From the NCBI GenBank assembly GCA_019635775.1, contig JAHBYU010000003.1, forward strand, positions 87,686 through 151,685: DNA of 64,000 bases, given 5' to 3'. The notes below the pieces were generated by a model. It was not told the DNA's origin and ran no database searches. It worked only from the letters and a program-made list of their open reading frames with translations. Shown here one piece after another: positions 1-8,698 of the stretch (positions within the stretch are counted from its first letter, which is position 1; every line of letters begins with the position of its first letter). The position numbers and the translations under genes were made by a program. Origin of the DNA: Rhizobiaceae bacterium. Its GTDB lineage: Bacteria > Pseudomonadota > Alphaproteobacteria > Rhizobiales > Rhizobiaceae.

Positions 1-118
1 AAAAGCCGGCCCAGAATTCATAGACATCGACCTCGGTCCCTGGAACAGCCTCCTCCACGACGAAGTCGACCAGCTCTCGTGCGATGTGCAAACCAGAAAT
101 TTCAATGCGTTCAGTCAT
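1..118 (-). CDS. glcB: malate synthase G, N-terminal fragment (gene continues off the left edge)
   Basis: Reverse-strand ATG at 118..116. My own translation, MTERIEISGLHIARELVDFVVEEAVPGTEVDVYEFWAGF, resembles the conserved malate synthase G N-terminus (..LPGT......FW..). It is absent from the ORF track because it is truncated. Confidence 0.55.
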   Translation of the reverse strand, partial: MTERIEISGLHIARELVDFVVEEAVPGTEVDVYEFWAGF

Positions 119-286
119 TTCCGTCAAACTCCCGAAAGGCGGTCTGGGCAACAGGACCGGGCCTTTGACCACGCATGCGGGCAGCGGTCAATTCCATGCT
201 CGAGGGAGGCGTTCGATTCGCAGGTCTTGCTCTGTGCGTCCGCATGTTCGATATCATGGCCGTTGTTTCGAAAGGATTGAGGGCTC

Positions 287-1054
287 ATGATGCCATCGGC
301 GCGATTCAGGGATCTGGAGGGTGCTTCGGTACTCATCACCGGCGGCGGCTCCGGCATCGGCGCGGCGCTGACCGAGGGCTTTGCCCGGCAGGGCGCGAGG
401 GTAGCCTTCATTGATATCGCAGAAGGCGCGAGCGCGGCGCTGGCCGATGCGTTGGCGGGCCAGGTTGCACATCAGCCGCTTTTCCTGAACGCGGATCTCA
501 CCGACATCGACGCCCTGCGCAAGGCGGTGGATGCCGCCGCGGCGGCGCACGGCGCGGTTACCGTGCTGGTCAACAATGCCGCCTATGACGAGCGCCATGA
601 CATCCTCGACGTGACGCCCGAATACTGGGAGAAGAACCAGTCCATCAATCTCAGGCCGCATTTCTTCACCGCGCAGGCCGTATCGAGGGGAATGATCGAG
701 GCAGGCGGAGGATCGATCATCAATTTCACGTCGACCTCCTTCATGATCAATCATCCAGAAATGCCGTCCTACACGGCGGCGAAGGCCGGGATCATCGGCC
801 TGACAAAGGGTCTTGCCGGCCGGCTCGGCCCGCATGGAATACGTGTAAACGCGGTCGCGCCGGGATGGGTTATCACCGAGCGTCAGCAAAAGCTCTGGGC
901 CTCGGAGGAAAGACTTGCAGCCCATGTCGCCAAGCAGTGCATCCGCGAGGTGATGAAGCCTGACGACATGGTCGGCACCTGTCTTTTTCTGGCATCCGAT
1001 TGCTCGCGCATGCTGACGGCGCAGACGCTCATCGTGGACGGCGGGTACCTGTGA
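287..1054 (+). CDS. SDR-family short-chain dehydrogenase/reductase (sugar-acid pathway)
   Basis: 255-aa ORF with the Rossmann motif TGGGSGIG and the catalytic YTAAK (YxxxK). It is the first gene of an operon with dgoK and dgoA. Confidence 0.85.
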   Translation: MMPSARFRDLEGASVLITGGGSGIGAALTEGFARQGARVAFIDIAEGASAALADALAGQVAHQPLFLNADLTDIDALRKAVDAAAAAHGAVTVLVNNAAYDERHDILDVTPEYWEKNQSINLRPHFFTAQAVSRGMIEAGGGSIINFTSTSFMINHPEMPSYTAAKAGIIGLTKGLAGRLGPHGIRVNAVAPGWVITERQQKLWASEERLAAHVAKQCIREVMKPDDMVGTCLFLASDCSRMLTAQTLIVDGGYL

Positions 1055-1986
1055 GCGCGCCTGCGATCGCCGCCGTCGACTGGGGCACGTCGAGTTTCCG
1101 GCTCTGGGTGCTGGATTCAAAGGGATCTGTGCTTGCCGAGAGGCGCAGCTCCGAGGGCATGCTGGTTGCCACAGGCGAAGGCTTCTCCTCGATTCTGGAG
1201 CGGCATCTGGCTGCTGTCGGCGCACCGGCCGACCTGCCTGTCATCGTCTGCGGAATGGCTGGTGCGCGGCAGGGCTGGGTCGAAGCACCCTATGTGACGC
1301 TTCCCGCGAGTCTCGACGGAATATTGGCCGGCGCGGTGCCAGTTCCCGCACAAGGCAGAACGATACGCATACTGCCGGGCCTTGCCCAGCGCAGCGCAGA
1401 GGCGCCGGACGTGATGCGCGGCGAGGAAACCCAACTTGCTGGAATAACGCCACTCTTTGTTCAGGGATCACACGTTATCTGCATGCCGGGCACCCACTCC
1501 AAATGGGTGCAGGCAGCCGATGGCATAGTGCAGGTCTTTAGAACATGGCTGACTGGCGAACTGTTTGCCGTCCTGTCTAAACATTCTATCCTGCGTCATT
1601 CTTTGGGCGATGACATTGCGCCGCCGATGCCGGACAACCAGGCGTTTCTGGCCGCCTGTTCGGAAGCTCTCGGGCACGGCGGAGACATTGGCCCATCCCT
1701 CTTTCGAGTCCGCGCGGCGACGCTGTTGAACGACCAGAAGCCCGAGGTTGCGGCTGCGACCCTGTCTGGCCTGCTTATCGGCGCCGAGATCGCTTCGGCA
1801 AGGCGGGTGTTCGGTCCTCTTTCTAACAAGATCGTCCTCGTCGCATCCGGCTCGCTTGGCATGCTCTATGGGGCAGCGCTCCGACTTGCAGGTTGTACCC
1901 TGATTCAGGCCGACGCCGACGACGCAGTAAGGTCTGGGCTTTTCGAGGCGGCAAAGCGCCTCGGATGGGCCGGGCATCGGAGTTAA
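1051..1986 (+). CDS. dgoK: 2-dehydro-3-deoxygalactonokinase
   Basis: The N-terminus AAVDWGTSSFRLW is typical of DgoK. In-frame GTG at 1051 overlaps the SDR stop (GTGA). The upstream part of ORF 1000..1986 overlaps the SDR gene and was discarded. Confidence 0.8.
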   Translation: MSAPAIAAVDWGTSSFRLWVLDSKGSVLAERRSSEGMLVATGEGFSSILERHLAAVGAPADLPVIVCGMAGARQGWVEAPYVTLPASLDGILAGAVPVPAQGRTIRILPGLAQRSAEAPDVMRGEETQLAGITPLFVQGSHVICMPGTHSKWVQAADGIVQVFRTWLTGELFAVLSKHSILRHSLGDDIAPPMPDNQAFLAACSEALGHGGDIGPSLFRVRAATLLNDQKPEVAAATLSGLLIGAEIASARRVFGPLSNKIVLVASGSLGMLYGAALRLAGCTLIQADADDAVRSGLFEAAKRLGWAGHRS

Positions 1987-1990
1987 GACA

Positions 1991-2623
1991 ATGACGGTTC
2001 CCTTCCCACAACTTCGCCGGCGCCTGGTCGCGATCCTGCGCGGGGTGAAGACCGGTGAAATCATCGAAGTGGGTACGGCCGTCTTCGAGGCGGGCATAGA
2101 GGCAATCGAGGTTCCACTCAATTCGCCTGATCCTTTCCGCTCGATCGAAATGCTGGCAAAGATCCTGCCCAAAAATGCGCTGATCGGCGCAGGAACCGTC
2201 CTCACCGCAGCACAAGTCGACGACCTTTATAATGCCGGCGGCCGACTTCTGGTCAGTCCGAATATCGATCGGGCGGTCATGGAGCGCGCGGCGCATCACG
2301 GCATGGTCACCATGCCAGGCGTCTTCACGCCAACCGAGGCGTTGCTTGCGTTGTCGCTCGGCGCTTCGGCCTTAAAGTTCTTCCCCGCCAACGCTCTTGG
2401 ACCGCAGGGTATTTCAGCGATAAAGGCGATTTTGCCAAACGACGCAGTCATTGGCGCGGTGGGTGGCGTTTCGGAGAAGAACTTTGCCGACTACGCAAGG
2501 ATCGGGATTTCGACCTTCGGGCTCGGGTCGAGCCTCTACGCACCCGGCCTGAAACCGGACGCGGTTGCCCGCAGGGCGAGCGCGGCGGTTTCCGAATGGG
2601 ATTCTGTCTTTGCGTCCGGGTGA
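1991..2623 (+). CDS. dgoA: 2-dehydro-3-deoxy-6-phosphogalactonate aldolase
   Basis: 210-aa ORF resembling the KDPGal/KDPG aldolase family (AILRGV...IEVPLNSP...GAGTV). It starts 4 nt after the dgoK stop. Confidence 0.8.
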   Translation: MTVPFPQLRRRLVAILRGVKTGEIIEVGTAVFEAGIEAIEVPLNSPDPFRSIEMLAKILPKNALIGAGTVLTAAQVDDLYNAGGRLLVSPNIDRAVMERAAHHGMVTMPGVFTPTEALLALSLGASALKFFPANALGPQGISAIKAILPNDAVIGAVGGVSEKNFADYARIGISTFGLGSSLYAPGLKPDAVARRASAAVSEWDSVFASG

Positions 2624-2631
2624 GTGCGGTC

Positions 2632-3684
2632 ATGCCCCGGCCGACATTGATCCTTGTTCATGAACCGGAGGTTGCCTGTCGTGCTCGGCTCCACGCAGCC
2701 GGATTCCCGGAGCGCCGCGCAATTGAAATCTCGTCCTACCTGGCGCAGTCGACCGACCTGGCGCCGGAATTTCCCGCAATTGAAAAAGCATGCGTCGAAA
2801 GAGGCATAGGCTTCCTGCCTGTCGAACTCGACGAGGCTGCCCGTGTACTCTCTGAAGCTTCGCCGGAGGGCGCGCTTCTGTGGACCCTCACGGACGGGAT
2901 CGCCTATTTCAGGGGTAGCGCTGCGCCCGCGCTCGCACGGCTTAACGGTATTCCGATGATCGGCGCGGACGATTCCCTGTTCGCGCTTTGCCAGGACAAG
3001 TTTCGCTCAGGTGCGGTTTTGTCCGCCCTAGGCCTCCCTGTCCCGACTGCAGGACTGGCGCGAAACGGACAATGGCTCGTGGAGCCTCCGGCTTCGTCCG
3101 GGGGCTGGTTCGTCAAGCCGAACCGGCTTGGCGCGAAGATCGGCATCTGGGCGGATTCGCGTTGCGAAAGCCTGGACGACGCGCTTTCGTTGAGCATCCG
3201 CGTTCATGAGGCGTACCGCGATGACGTGGTTGTCCAGCGTTACGTGGCGGGCCGCAACGTCCGCGCCAGCTTTCTTGCTGTACGGCTTGATGCAGGGCCG
3301 GAGGCGGTAGGAACAGTGTTTGTGGACTCCGGCGGCGACTTCCAGACTATGGACGATTCCATGGCGCTCTACGGCGAGACAGGCGTAGCCGCCATGGCCG
3401 CCGGAAGCCATGCAGAACCGGCGCTTCTCGCTGTGGCCGACAGCCAGCCCGTGGCAGCGAGCCGCATCCAGGCGATCGCAGGGCTGCTCATGCAGAGGCT
3501 TGGCCTGCGGGACGTCTTTTCGATGGATTTCCGGGTGGAAGCGGACGACACCGTTCACCTGATCGAATTCGAAGTGTGCCCAGGCCTGCCATGTTTCGAC
3601 TTCAGGGTCTACTGCCGGTCACAATGGCAAATGACGCTGCCGGAAGCAGTGGCCGAAACCGCCGGTTCCCGGTTTGCCGTGTGA
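2632..3684 (+). CDS. ATP-grasp domain protein (D-Ala-D-Ala ligase-like fold), function unknown
   Basis: FVKPNRLGAKIGI and IEFEVCPGL resemble the ATP-grasp central and C-terminal motifs. ATG at 2632 (MPRPTL) lies just after the dgoA stop. The earlier start at 2596 overlaps dgoA. Confidence 0.6.
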   Translation: MPRPTLILVHEPEVACRARLHAAGFPERRAIEISSYLAQSTDLAPEFPAIEKACVERGIGFLPVELDEAARVLSEASPEGALLWTLTDGIAYFRGSAAPALARLNGIPMIGADDSLFALCQDKFRSGAVLSALGLPVPTAGLARNGQWLVEPPASSGGWFVKPNRLGAKIGIWADSRCESLDDALSLSIRVHEAYRDDVVVQRYVAGRNVRASFLAVRLDAGPEAVGTVFVDSGGDFQTMDDSMALYGETGVAAMAAGSHAEPALLAVADSQPVAASRIQAIAGLLMQRLGLRDVFSMDFRVEADDTVHLIEFEVCPGLPCFDFRVYCRSQWQMTLPEAVAETAGSRFAV

Positions 3685-3689
3685 CCGCT

Positions 3690-4049
3690 CTAAGCAGCTT
3701 CAGCCATGCAGATTTTCGCCACGCCGGACTGAATGAAGCCTAGCTCCCTGGCAGCTGCCTTCGACAGGTCGATGACGCGACCCTTGATGAACGGGCCACG
3801 ATCATTGATGCGCACCACGACAGACTTCCCGTTCTTCTGGTTGGTGACCTTCAGCTTTGTGCCGAAGGGAAGCGAACGATGTGCAGCCGTCAACTCGGTC
3901 GGGTCCATCCGTTCGCCTGAGGCGGTCTGGGAATGAAGCGCATACCATGAGGCGCCGCCGCACTGTGCCGAAGCGGGTACTGTGGAACCCGCCGCCAGAA
4001 CGAGGCTGGCAATTGTCACCGCGCCGGCTGCCGTCATCTTTTTCATCAT
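3690..4049 (-). CDS. septal ring lytic transglycosylase RlpA-family (DPBB domain) exported protein
   Basis: Signal peptide followed by [14 protein letters not shown]...[16 protein letters not shown]...[11 protein letters not shown], which is typical of the RlpA double-psi beta-barrel. Confidence 0.8.
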   Translation of the reverse strand: MMKKMTAAGAVTIASLVLAAGSTVPASAQCGGASWYALHSQTASGERMDPTELTAAHRSLPFGTKLKVTNQKNGKSVVVRINDRGPFIKGRVIDLSKAAARELGFIQSGVAKICMAEAA

Positions 4050-4387
4050 GCCTTCAATCTCTCCGTACTATTTCGGGGAGCGCCGGCTACGCGGCGATTG
4101 TGGCGTGAAATGCGGCAGAGAACCGGCCGTTCCGTGATCCGACCACACGTTTCAAGACGTTTCGAAACACTGTGTTATGCTTTGTGAAAGCTTGTGTTGG
4201 CACCGCGTTCGCCTGCAGAGTTATCTGGTCTGTCCAGATAGACTTGCCGGCTCGACACTGATTTCGTTTGTTTTTTTGCGTTACTGAGCGACTGGCTCAA
4301 GCCTGTTCCTGGGCAACCGCTTTGCCACTCTTACGCAGCGGAATCCGGTAGCCCTATCATCACGTTTTGGGTCTTACGCAAAGTCAG

Positions 4388-4669
4388 CTATTTCAGCTCG
4401 ATTTCGATGAAGACGTATACGCCTTCACTCGCGCTGATGACGTCATGCTCGACGCCTTCGTTACGGAAATAGGCCGCCCCCTTCTTCATATCGACGAAGG
4501 TTTCGCCGTCCTTGGTGGCGATCTTAAGCCTGCCGTCCATCATAGGCACCACGACATAGTCATGGCCGTGACGATGCCAGCCAGTGTTTTCGCCCGGTTG
4601 AAAACTGTATTCGGTGACGATGACGCGATCATTGTCAATCAGCGTGGTAGCTTTGGCCGAACCGGTCAT
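4388..4669 (-). CDS. small cupin-domain protein
   Basis: 93-aa ORF with the cupin motifs GENTGWHRHGHDY and NEGVEHDV. Confidence 0.7.
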   Translation of the reverse strand: MTGSAKATTLIDNDRVIVTEYSFQPGENTGWHRHGHDYVVVPMMDGRLKIATKDGETFVDMKKGAAYFRNEGVEHDVISASEGVYVFIEIELK

Positions 4670-4747
4670 GGCATTCCTCCATTGCTTTTATCATGCACCG
4701 GAGGGAGGCAGCGGAAAGGGCCAGCGGCGCGAAATGGGACGCACCAA

Positions 4748-4773
4748 CAAAAAAGCCCGGCAGGGCCGGGCTT
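4748..4773 (-). terminator. rho-independent terminator downstream of trxA
   Basis: On the minus strand, the stem AAGCCCGG / CCGGGCTT is followed by a run of six T residues (TTTTTTG). It begins 23 nt after the trxA stop. Confidence 0.75.
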
Positions 4774-4795
4774 CATGGGTATAGTCAGGGGCGGA

Positions 4796-5116
4796 TCAGA
4801 CGTTGCCACCGATCCAATGCGATAGCGCCGTCTTGGGCAAAGCGCCCACCTTGATGTCGGCCACTTCGCCGCCCTTGAAGATCATCAGCGTCGGAATCGA
4901 TCGAACACCGAATTGAGCGGCCAGTTCCGGGTTCTCGTCGATATTGAGCTTGGTGATCTTGACCTTGCCGGCGAGCTCGGTGGAAATCTCCTCAAGCGAC
5001 GGGCCAATCATCTTGCAGGGACCGCACCATTCCGCCCAGAAATCGACGACCACGGGCTCGGAAGCCTCAAGCACATCGCTCCTGAAGTTGTTCTTGTCGA
5101 CCTTGACCGTTGCCAT
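4796..5116 (-). CDS. trxA: thioredoxin
   Basis: WCGPC active site ([11 protein letters not shown]). The ATG at 5116 gives a 106-aa protein starting MATVKVDK. The longer form of ORF 4796..5179 was rejected. Confidence 0.92.
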   Translation of the reverse strand: MATVKVDKNNFRSDVLEASEPVVVDFWAEWCGPCKMIGPSLEEISTELAGKVKITKLNIDENPELAAQFGVRSIPTLMIFKGGEVADIKVGALPKTALSHWIGGNV

Positions 5117-5191
5117 GTTTGAAACCTTTCGGGTAATTCGCGTAACACAATATCTGGTGGCGGCGGAGCCGTCATTCAAGCAGCGTTTGTG

Positions 5192-8100
5192 TCACGCTCC
5201 GGTGAGTCGGGCAAGCGCCTCGTCCATCAGTGTGTCGGGCAAAGCCATGAGTGCCGGCGTCTCCGTGAACAGAAGGGCCGTACGCACTGTCCTGCCAGGG
5301 TAGGGCCGTGCCAGCAGTGCCCTGTAGAGCGAAAGCTGCAGGATATAGGCGGGCGGTACTTCCAAGATGGAAGTTGGTGGCGGTCGGTTCGTCTTGTAGT
5401 CGATGACCAGCACTTCGCCTCCGGAAATTGCCAGCCGGTCTATCTTTCCCGAGACGAGACGCTGTTTCCCGCGCAACTCAATCTCACCCATGATTGCGAC
5501 CTCGGCGCGGGAGCTTGGCGCAAAGATCGGTGCAAAAATGGTGTCTGCCAGGATATTGTTGACTTGCGCCCAGGCTTCAACCCGCTCGACCTCGGGCCAG
5601 TCGGGCACCACGCGCGCCAGAAACCGTTGCGCGGCTGCTTCCCGGGCGTCTGCTGGTATTTCGGGAAGCACCTGCAGCAGCTTGTGGATCGCCGAGCCAC
5701 GCGCGGCCGCAAAGGCCGTTTCCTCCTCATCATCCAGGACGGGCGAGCGCGACGTTGCCACTACAACCTTCGCGTCCTCGATGAGAACCGATGCACCGGA
5801 GGGCGACAAGGGACTCGGAAGGTCATCCGCAACCGGCATCGGTTCGAAAAGCGAAGCGGGCAATGGCGTTTTCGTGGCCGTCGTCCTGCCGACAGAACCT
5901 GGATCGGCAGCGACGGGCGGCATCAGCGCGCTGCGATAGCGATATACGGTCTCGCCGGTTGCCTCGTGTCGGCGTTCCTCGGTTTCAGGGATCCCGACCA
6001 GCGCCCGATGGATGATCGAATGCCATGTGGCTGTGTGTCTGGCGATCTTTCCGTGATAGCCGCAGACGATCAATCGGTCTTCGGCCCGCGTCATGCCGAC
6101 GTAGAGCAATCGACGGTATTCGTCGTCGGCCAGACCCTTCACGCGCGCTTCCGCCTCCCGCGAGAAGCCGTTCGCCACTTCCTTCGTGGATCGCCAGAGA
6201 TATCCTCTTTCTCCACTTTTCAATCCGAAGGGTATAAGCCGGGGAAGGTGCTGTTCCGAAAACGGCGCCGTGCCGCCATCGACCAGAAAGACGACCGGCG
6301 CTTCCAGCCCCTTCGCCGCATGCACAGTCATGATACGGACCTCGTCGCGGCCCTGGTCCATTTCACGCTTTATTTCCGGCGCTGCATTGTCGAGCGAGGT
6401 CAGAAACGCTTCGAGCCCAGGCAATCCTGCCCGTTCCTCCGCGAGGCAGAAGGACAGGAATTCGTCGATTATGTCGCCTGCCTCGTGGCCAAGTCGGGCG
6501 ATCATGCGCTTGCGGATGCCGTCTCTGGCCAGGATGGCGGAGTAGAACTCGAATACAGGCTTGTAGGCAGCCTCGCTCGACCAGCGATCCAGCGCGGCGA
6601 CAATGCCGGACAGCAGGAGATCGCTGCTGGCCCTGTTTCGCAAAGCTTCTGCGAGCGAATGGCGGGCTGGCCGCTTGGCCGCCAGTTCGAACAGCATTTC
6701 CTCCGTGACGGAGAAGATGGGACTCCTGAGGACAGCAGCGAGCGAGAGGTCGTCGTCAGGCTGAAGCAGGAAGCGGCCGAGCGCGGTAAGGTCTTTGACG
6801 GCGATGTGGCCAGGAAGGCTCAACCTGTCGGCTCCCGCAACCGGTATGTCCTTGTTCTTGAGGCTGCGTGATAGCGCATGGACGAACCGGTCGCGCTTGC
6901 GCACCAGCACCATGACGTCTCCGGGCTTCAGCCTGACGCCCTTGCCTTCGACGATCTCGCCATTGTCCAGCCAGTGCTTGATCGTCGCTGCGACGTGTTC
7001 GGCCACGCGCACGGCGGGCGCCTGCGCGTGGTCGATGGGCTTCGTCCAGTCGTCCGGTTCGTCCACCGCGTCCGCGCCGAGCGAGGGCCAGATCTCCACA
7101 TAGCCTGGCGCGTCATGGCGAATGGCGTCATGTCGCACGGGGTCGGGATCATGGGTGATGCCGCGCCGCACGTCTTCGGCGGCAAAGACGCGGTCAACCG
7201 CATGCAGGACGTCATTCGTTGAGCGGAAGGAGAGCGTCAGGCGTACCCGCTCAAATCCGGCATTTGCCTCGCGTGCCCGCTTTGCGAACTCGATCTCGGT
7301 CTCATGGAAGGACTCAGGCGACGCCCCCTGAAACGAATAGATCGACTGCTTCTCGTCGCCCACGGCGAACACCGTGCGATTGACATTGTCCCGCGCGCCC
7401 ATCCCGGCGAAGAACTCCTCTGCCAGCCTGCGCACCACGTCCCATTGATCCGGGCTGGTGTCCTGCGCCTCGTCCAGCAGGATGTGGTCGATGCCCTGGT
7501 CGAGCTTGTACTGCACCCAAGCGCTGGCGTCCTCCCGGCCAAGCAGCCGCACGGTCCGCGTGATGAGATCGTTGAAATCGAGGAAGCCGCCGGCGGTCTT
7601 GAGTTGCTCGTAGCGCGCGATCAACCAGTCCGCGACGGTAAGTGCCGCTGCGGTGCCTGTCAGCATGTCGAAAAGCGCCAGCCGATCGGCCGCGTCCCGG
7701 ATCGCTGTCGCCGCGCGCAGATAGTTGTCCGCAAGATCAGGCAATCTTGCGAGCAGCGCCTTCTTGAATACGGAGGGCGGATAAAACTCCCGCTTGTCCT
7801 TCAGGAAGGCCGCAGCCAGCAGGCGCAGTCGCCTTGCCGGGTCAAGTTCGGAAAACGCCCGTGCAGCCGGCTCGGCGATGGAATCGGTAGCGCGGCGTGC
7901 ATCGGTCGCATGGCATGCGGCGACGAATGCGTTGAAATAGTCTGTTGAGAACCCCGGTAGCGGCCAGACGGACGCGCCGATGTCACGTTCAGTCTCACCG
8001 CGCCTGAAGCCGAACTCGTCGAACAGCAGCTCGTAGCTGCCGGGGTCTCCGCCGAGTCTGTCGATGAAATCGCGCAACGGATCGCGCTTCGAGACGATCT

Positions 8101-8698
8101 CCTTCAAGAGCAGGTCGAGACCGAATTCCCCGCCGCGTTCGAGCACGGTTGCGAAGGCCTCGGCGAGATGCCGGTCATTGGCAACGGCGCCGGTCAGCAT
8201 CTCGCGCCTCGCCTCGCCAAAAAGAAGAGCTTCCATCTTCGGGTCGAGCATCTGGAAATGCGCGGTAACGTTCGCCTCTAGCGGGAACTGGTGCAGCACG
8301 GCTTCGCAGAAGGCGTGGATGGTCTGGATCTTCAGGCCGCCTGGCGTTTCCAGAGCCTCCGCGAAAAGCCGTCTGGCGGCGGCAAGTTTCCTGCGCGACG
8401 GGATGCGGCCTTCCAGCTCCGCAACTTTCGCGGACAGTGCGTCGTCGGACAAAGTCGTCCATTCCGCAAGTGTCGAGAAAACGCGGTTCGACATATTGGC
8501 GGCAGCGGCGCGGGTGTAGGTAAGACAAAGGATCTTGGACGGATCGGTGCCGTCGAGAAGCAGCCGGATGACGCGCTGCGCAAGGACGTGGGTCTTGCCC
8601 GATCCGGCATTGGCCGAGACCCAGACGGATTTTACCGGATCGGAGGCTTGGGCCTGCCGCCTGAGGGTTTCCTCTGGAATATCCTGGCGCCGCTTCAT
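5192..8698 (-). CDS. addA: double-strand break repair helicase AddA (UvrD-like helicase plus C-terminal nuclease)
   Basis: Walker A ANAGSGKTHVL, UvrD-type helicase motifs, and a C-terminal PD-(D/E)XK-like GKIDRLA...VIDYKTN. The ATG at 8698 overlaps the addB stop (ATGA). Confidence 0.9.
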   Translation of the reverse strand: MKRRQDIPEETLRRQAQASDPVKSVWVSANAGSGKTHVLAQRVIRLLLDGTDPSKILCLTYTRAAAANMSNRVFSTLAEWTTLSDDALSAKVAELEGRIPSRRKLAAARRLFAEALETPGGLKIQTIHAFCEAVLHQFPLEANVTAHFQMLDPKMEALLFGEARREMLTGAVANDRHLAEAFATVLERGGEFGLDLLLKEIVSKRDPLRDFIDRLGGDPGSYELLFDEFGFRRGETERDIGASVWPLPGFSTDYFNAFVAACHATDARRATDSIAEPAARAFSELDPARRLRLLAAAFLKDKREFYPPSVFKKALLARLPDLADNYLRAATAIRDAADRLALFDMLTGTAAALTVADWLIARYEQLKTAGGFLDFNDLITRTVRLLGREDASAWVQYKLDQGIDHILLDEAQDTSPDQWDVVRRLAEEFFAGMGARDNVNRTVFAVGDEKQSIYSFQGASPESFHETEIEFAKRAREANAGFERVRLTLSFRSTNDVLHAVDRVFAAEDVRRGITHDPDPVRHDAIRHDAPGYVEIWPSLGADAVDEPDDWTKPIDHAQAPAVRVAEHVAATIKHWLDNGEIVEGKGVRLKPGDVMVLVRKRDRFVHALSRSLKNKDIPVAGADRLSLPGHIAVKDLTALGRFLLQPDDDLSLAAVLRSPIFSVTEEMLFELAAKRPARHSLAEALRNRASSDLLLSGIVAALDRWSSEAAYKPVFEFYSAILARDGIRKRMIARLGHEAGDIIDEFLSFCLAEERAGLPGLEAFLTSLDNAAPEIKREMDQGRDEVRIMTVHAAKGLEAPVVFLVDGGTAPFSEQHLPRLIPFGLKSGERGYLWRSTKEVANGFSREAEARVKGLADDEYRRLLYVGMTRAEDRLIVCGYHGKIARHTATWHSIIHRALVGIPETEERRHEATGETVYRYRSALMPPVAADPGSVGRTTATKTPLPASLFEPMPVADDLPSPLSPSGASVLIEDAKVVVATSRSPVLDDEEETAFAAARGSAIHKLLQVLPEIPADAREAAAQRFLARVVPDWPEVERVEAWAQVNNILADTIFAPIFAPSSRAEVAIMGEIELRGKQRLVSGKIDRLAISGGEVLVIDYKTNRPPPTSILEVPPAYILQLSLYRALLARPYPGRTVRTALLFTETPALMALPDTLMDEALARLTGA

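Noticed and set aside
254-1225. A 323-aa minus-strand ORF overlapping the SDR gene and the dgoK start.
   Set aside because: The plus-strand SDR has TGGGSGIG and YxxxK motifs. The minus-strand product is low-complexity and Arg/Pro-rich.
5189-6871. A 560-aa plus-strand ORF, one of the longest in the window.
   Set aside because: It lies entirely antisense to addA, whose helicase and nuclease motifs are unambiguous. The product is Arg/Gly/Pro-rich with no motifs. This is the typical shadow ORF of high-GC DNA.
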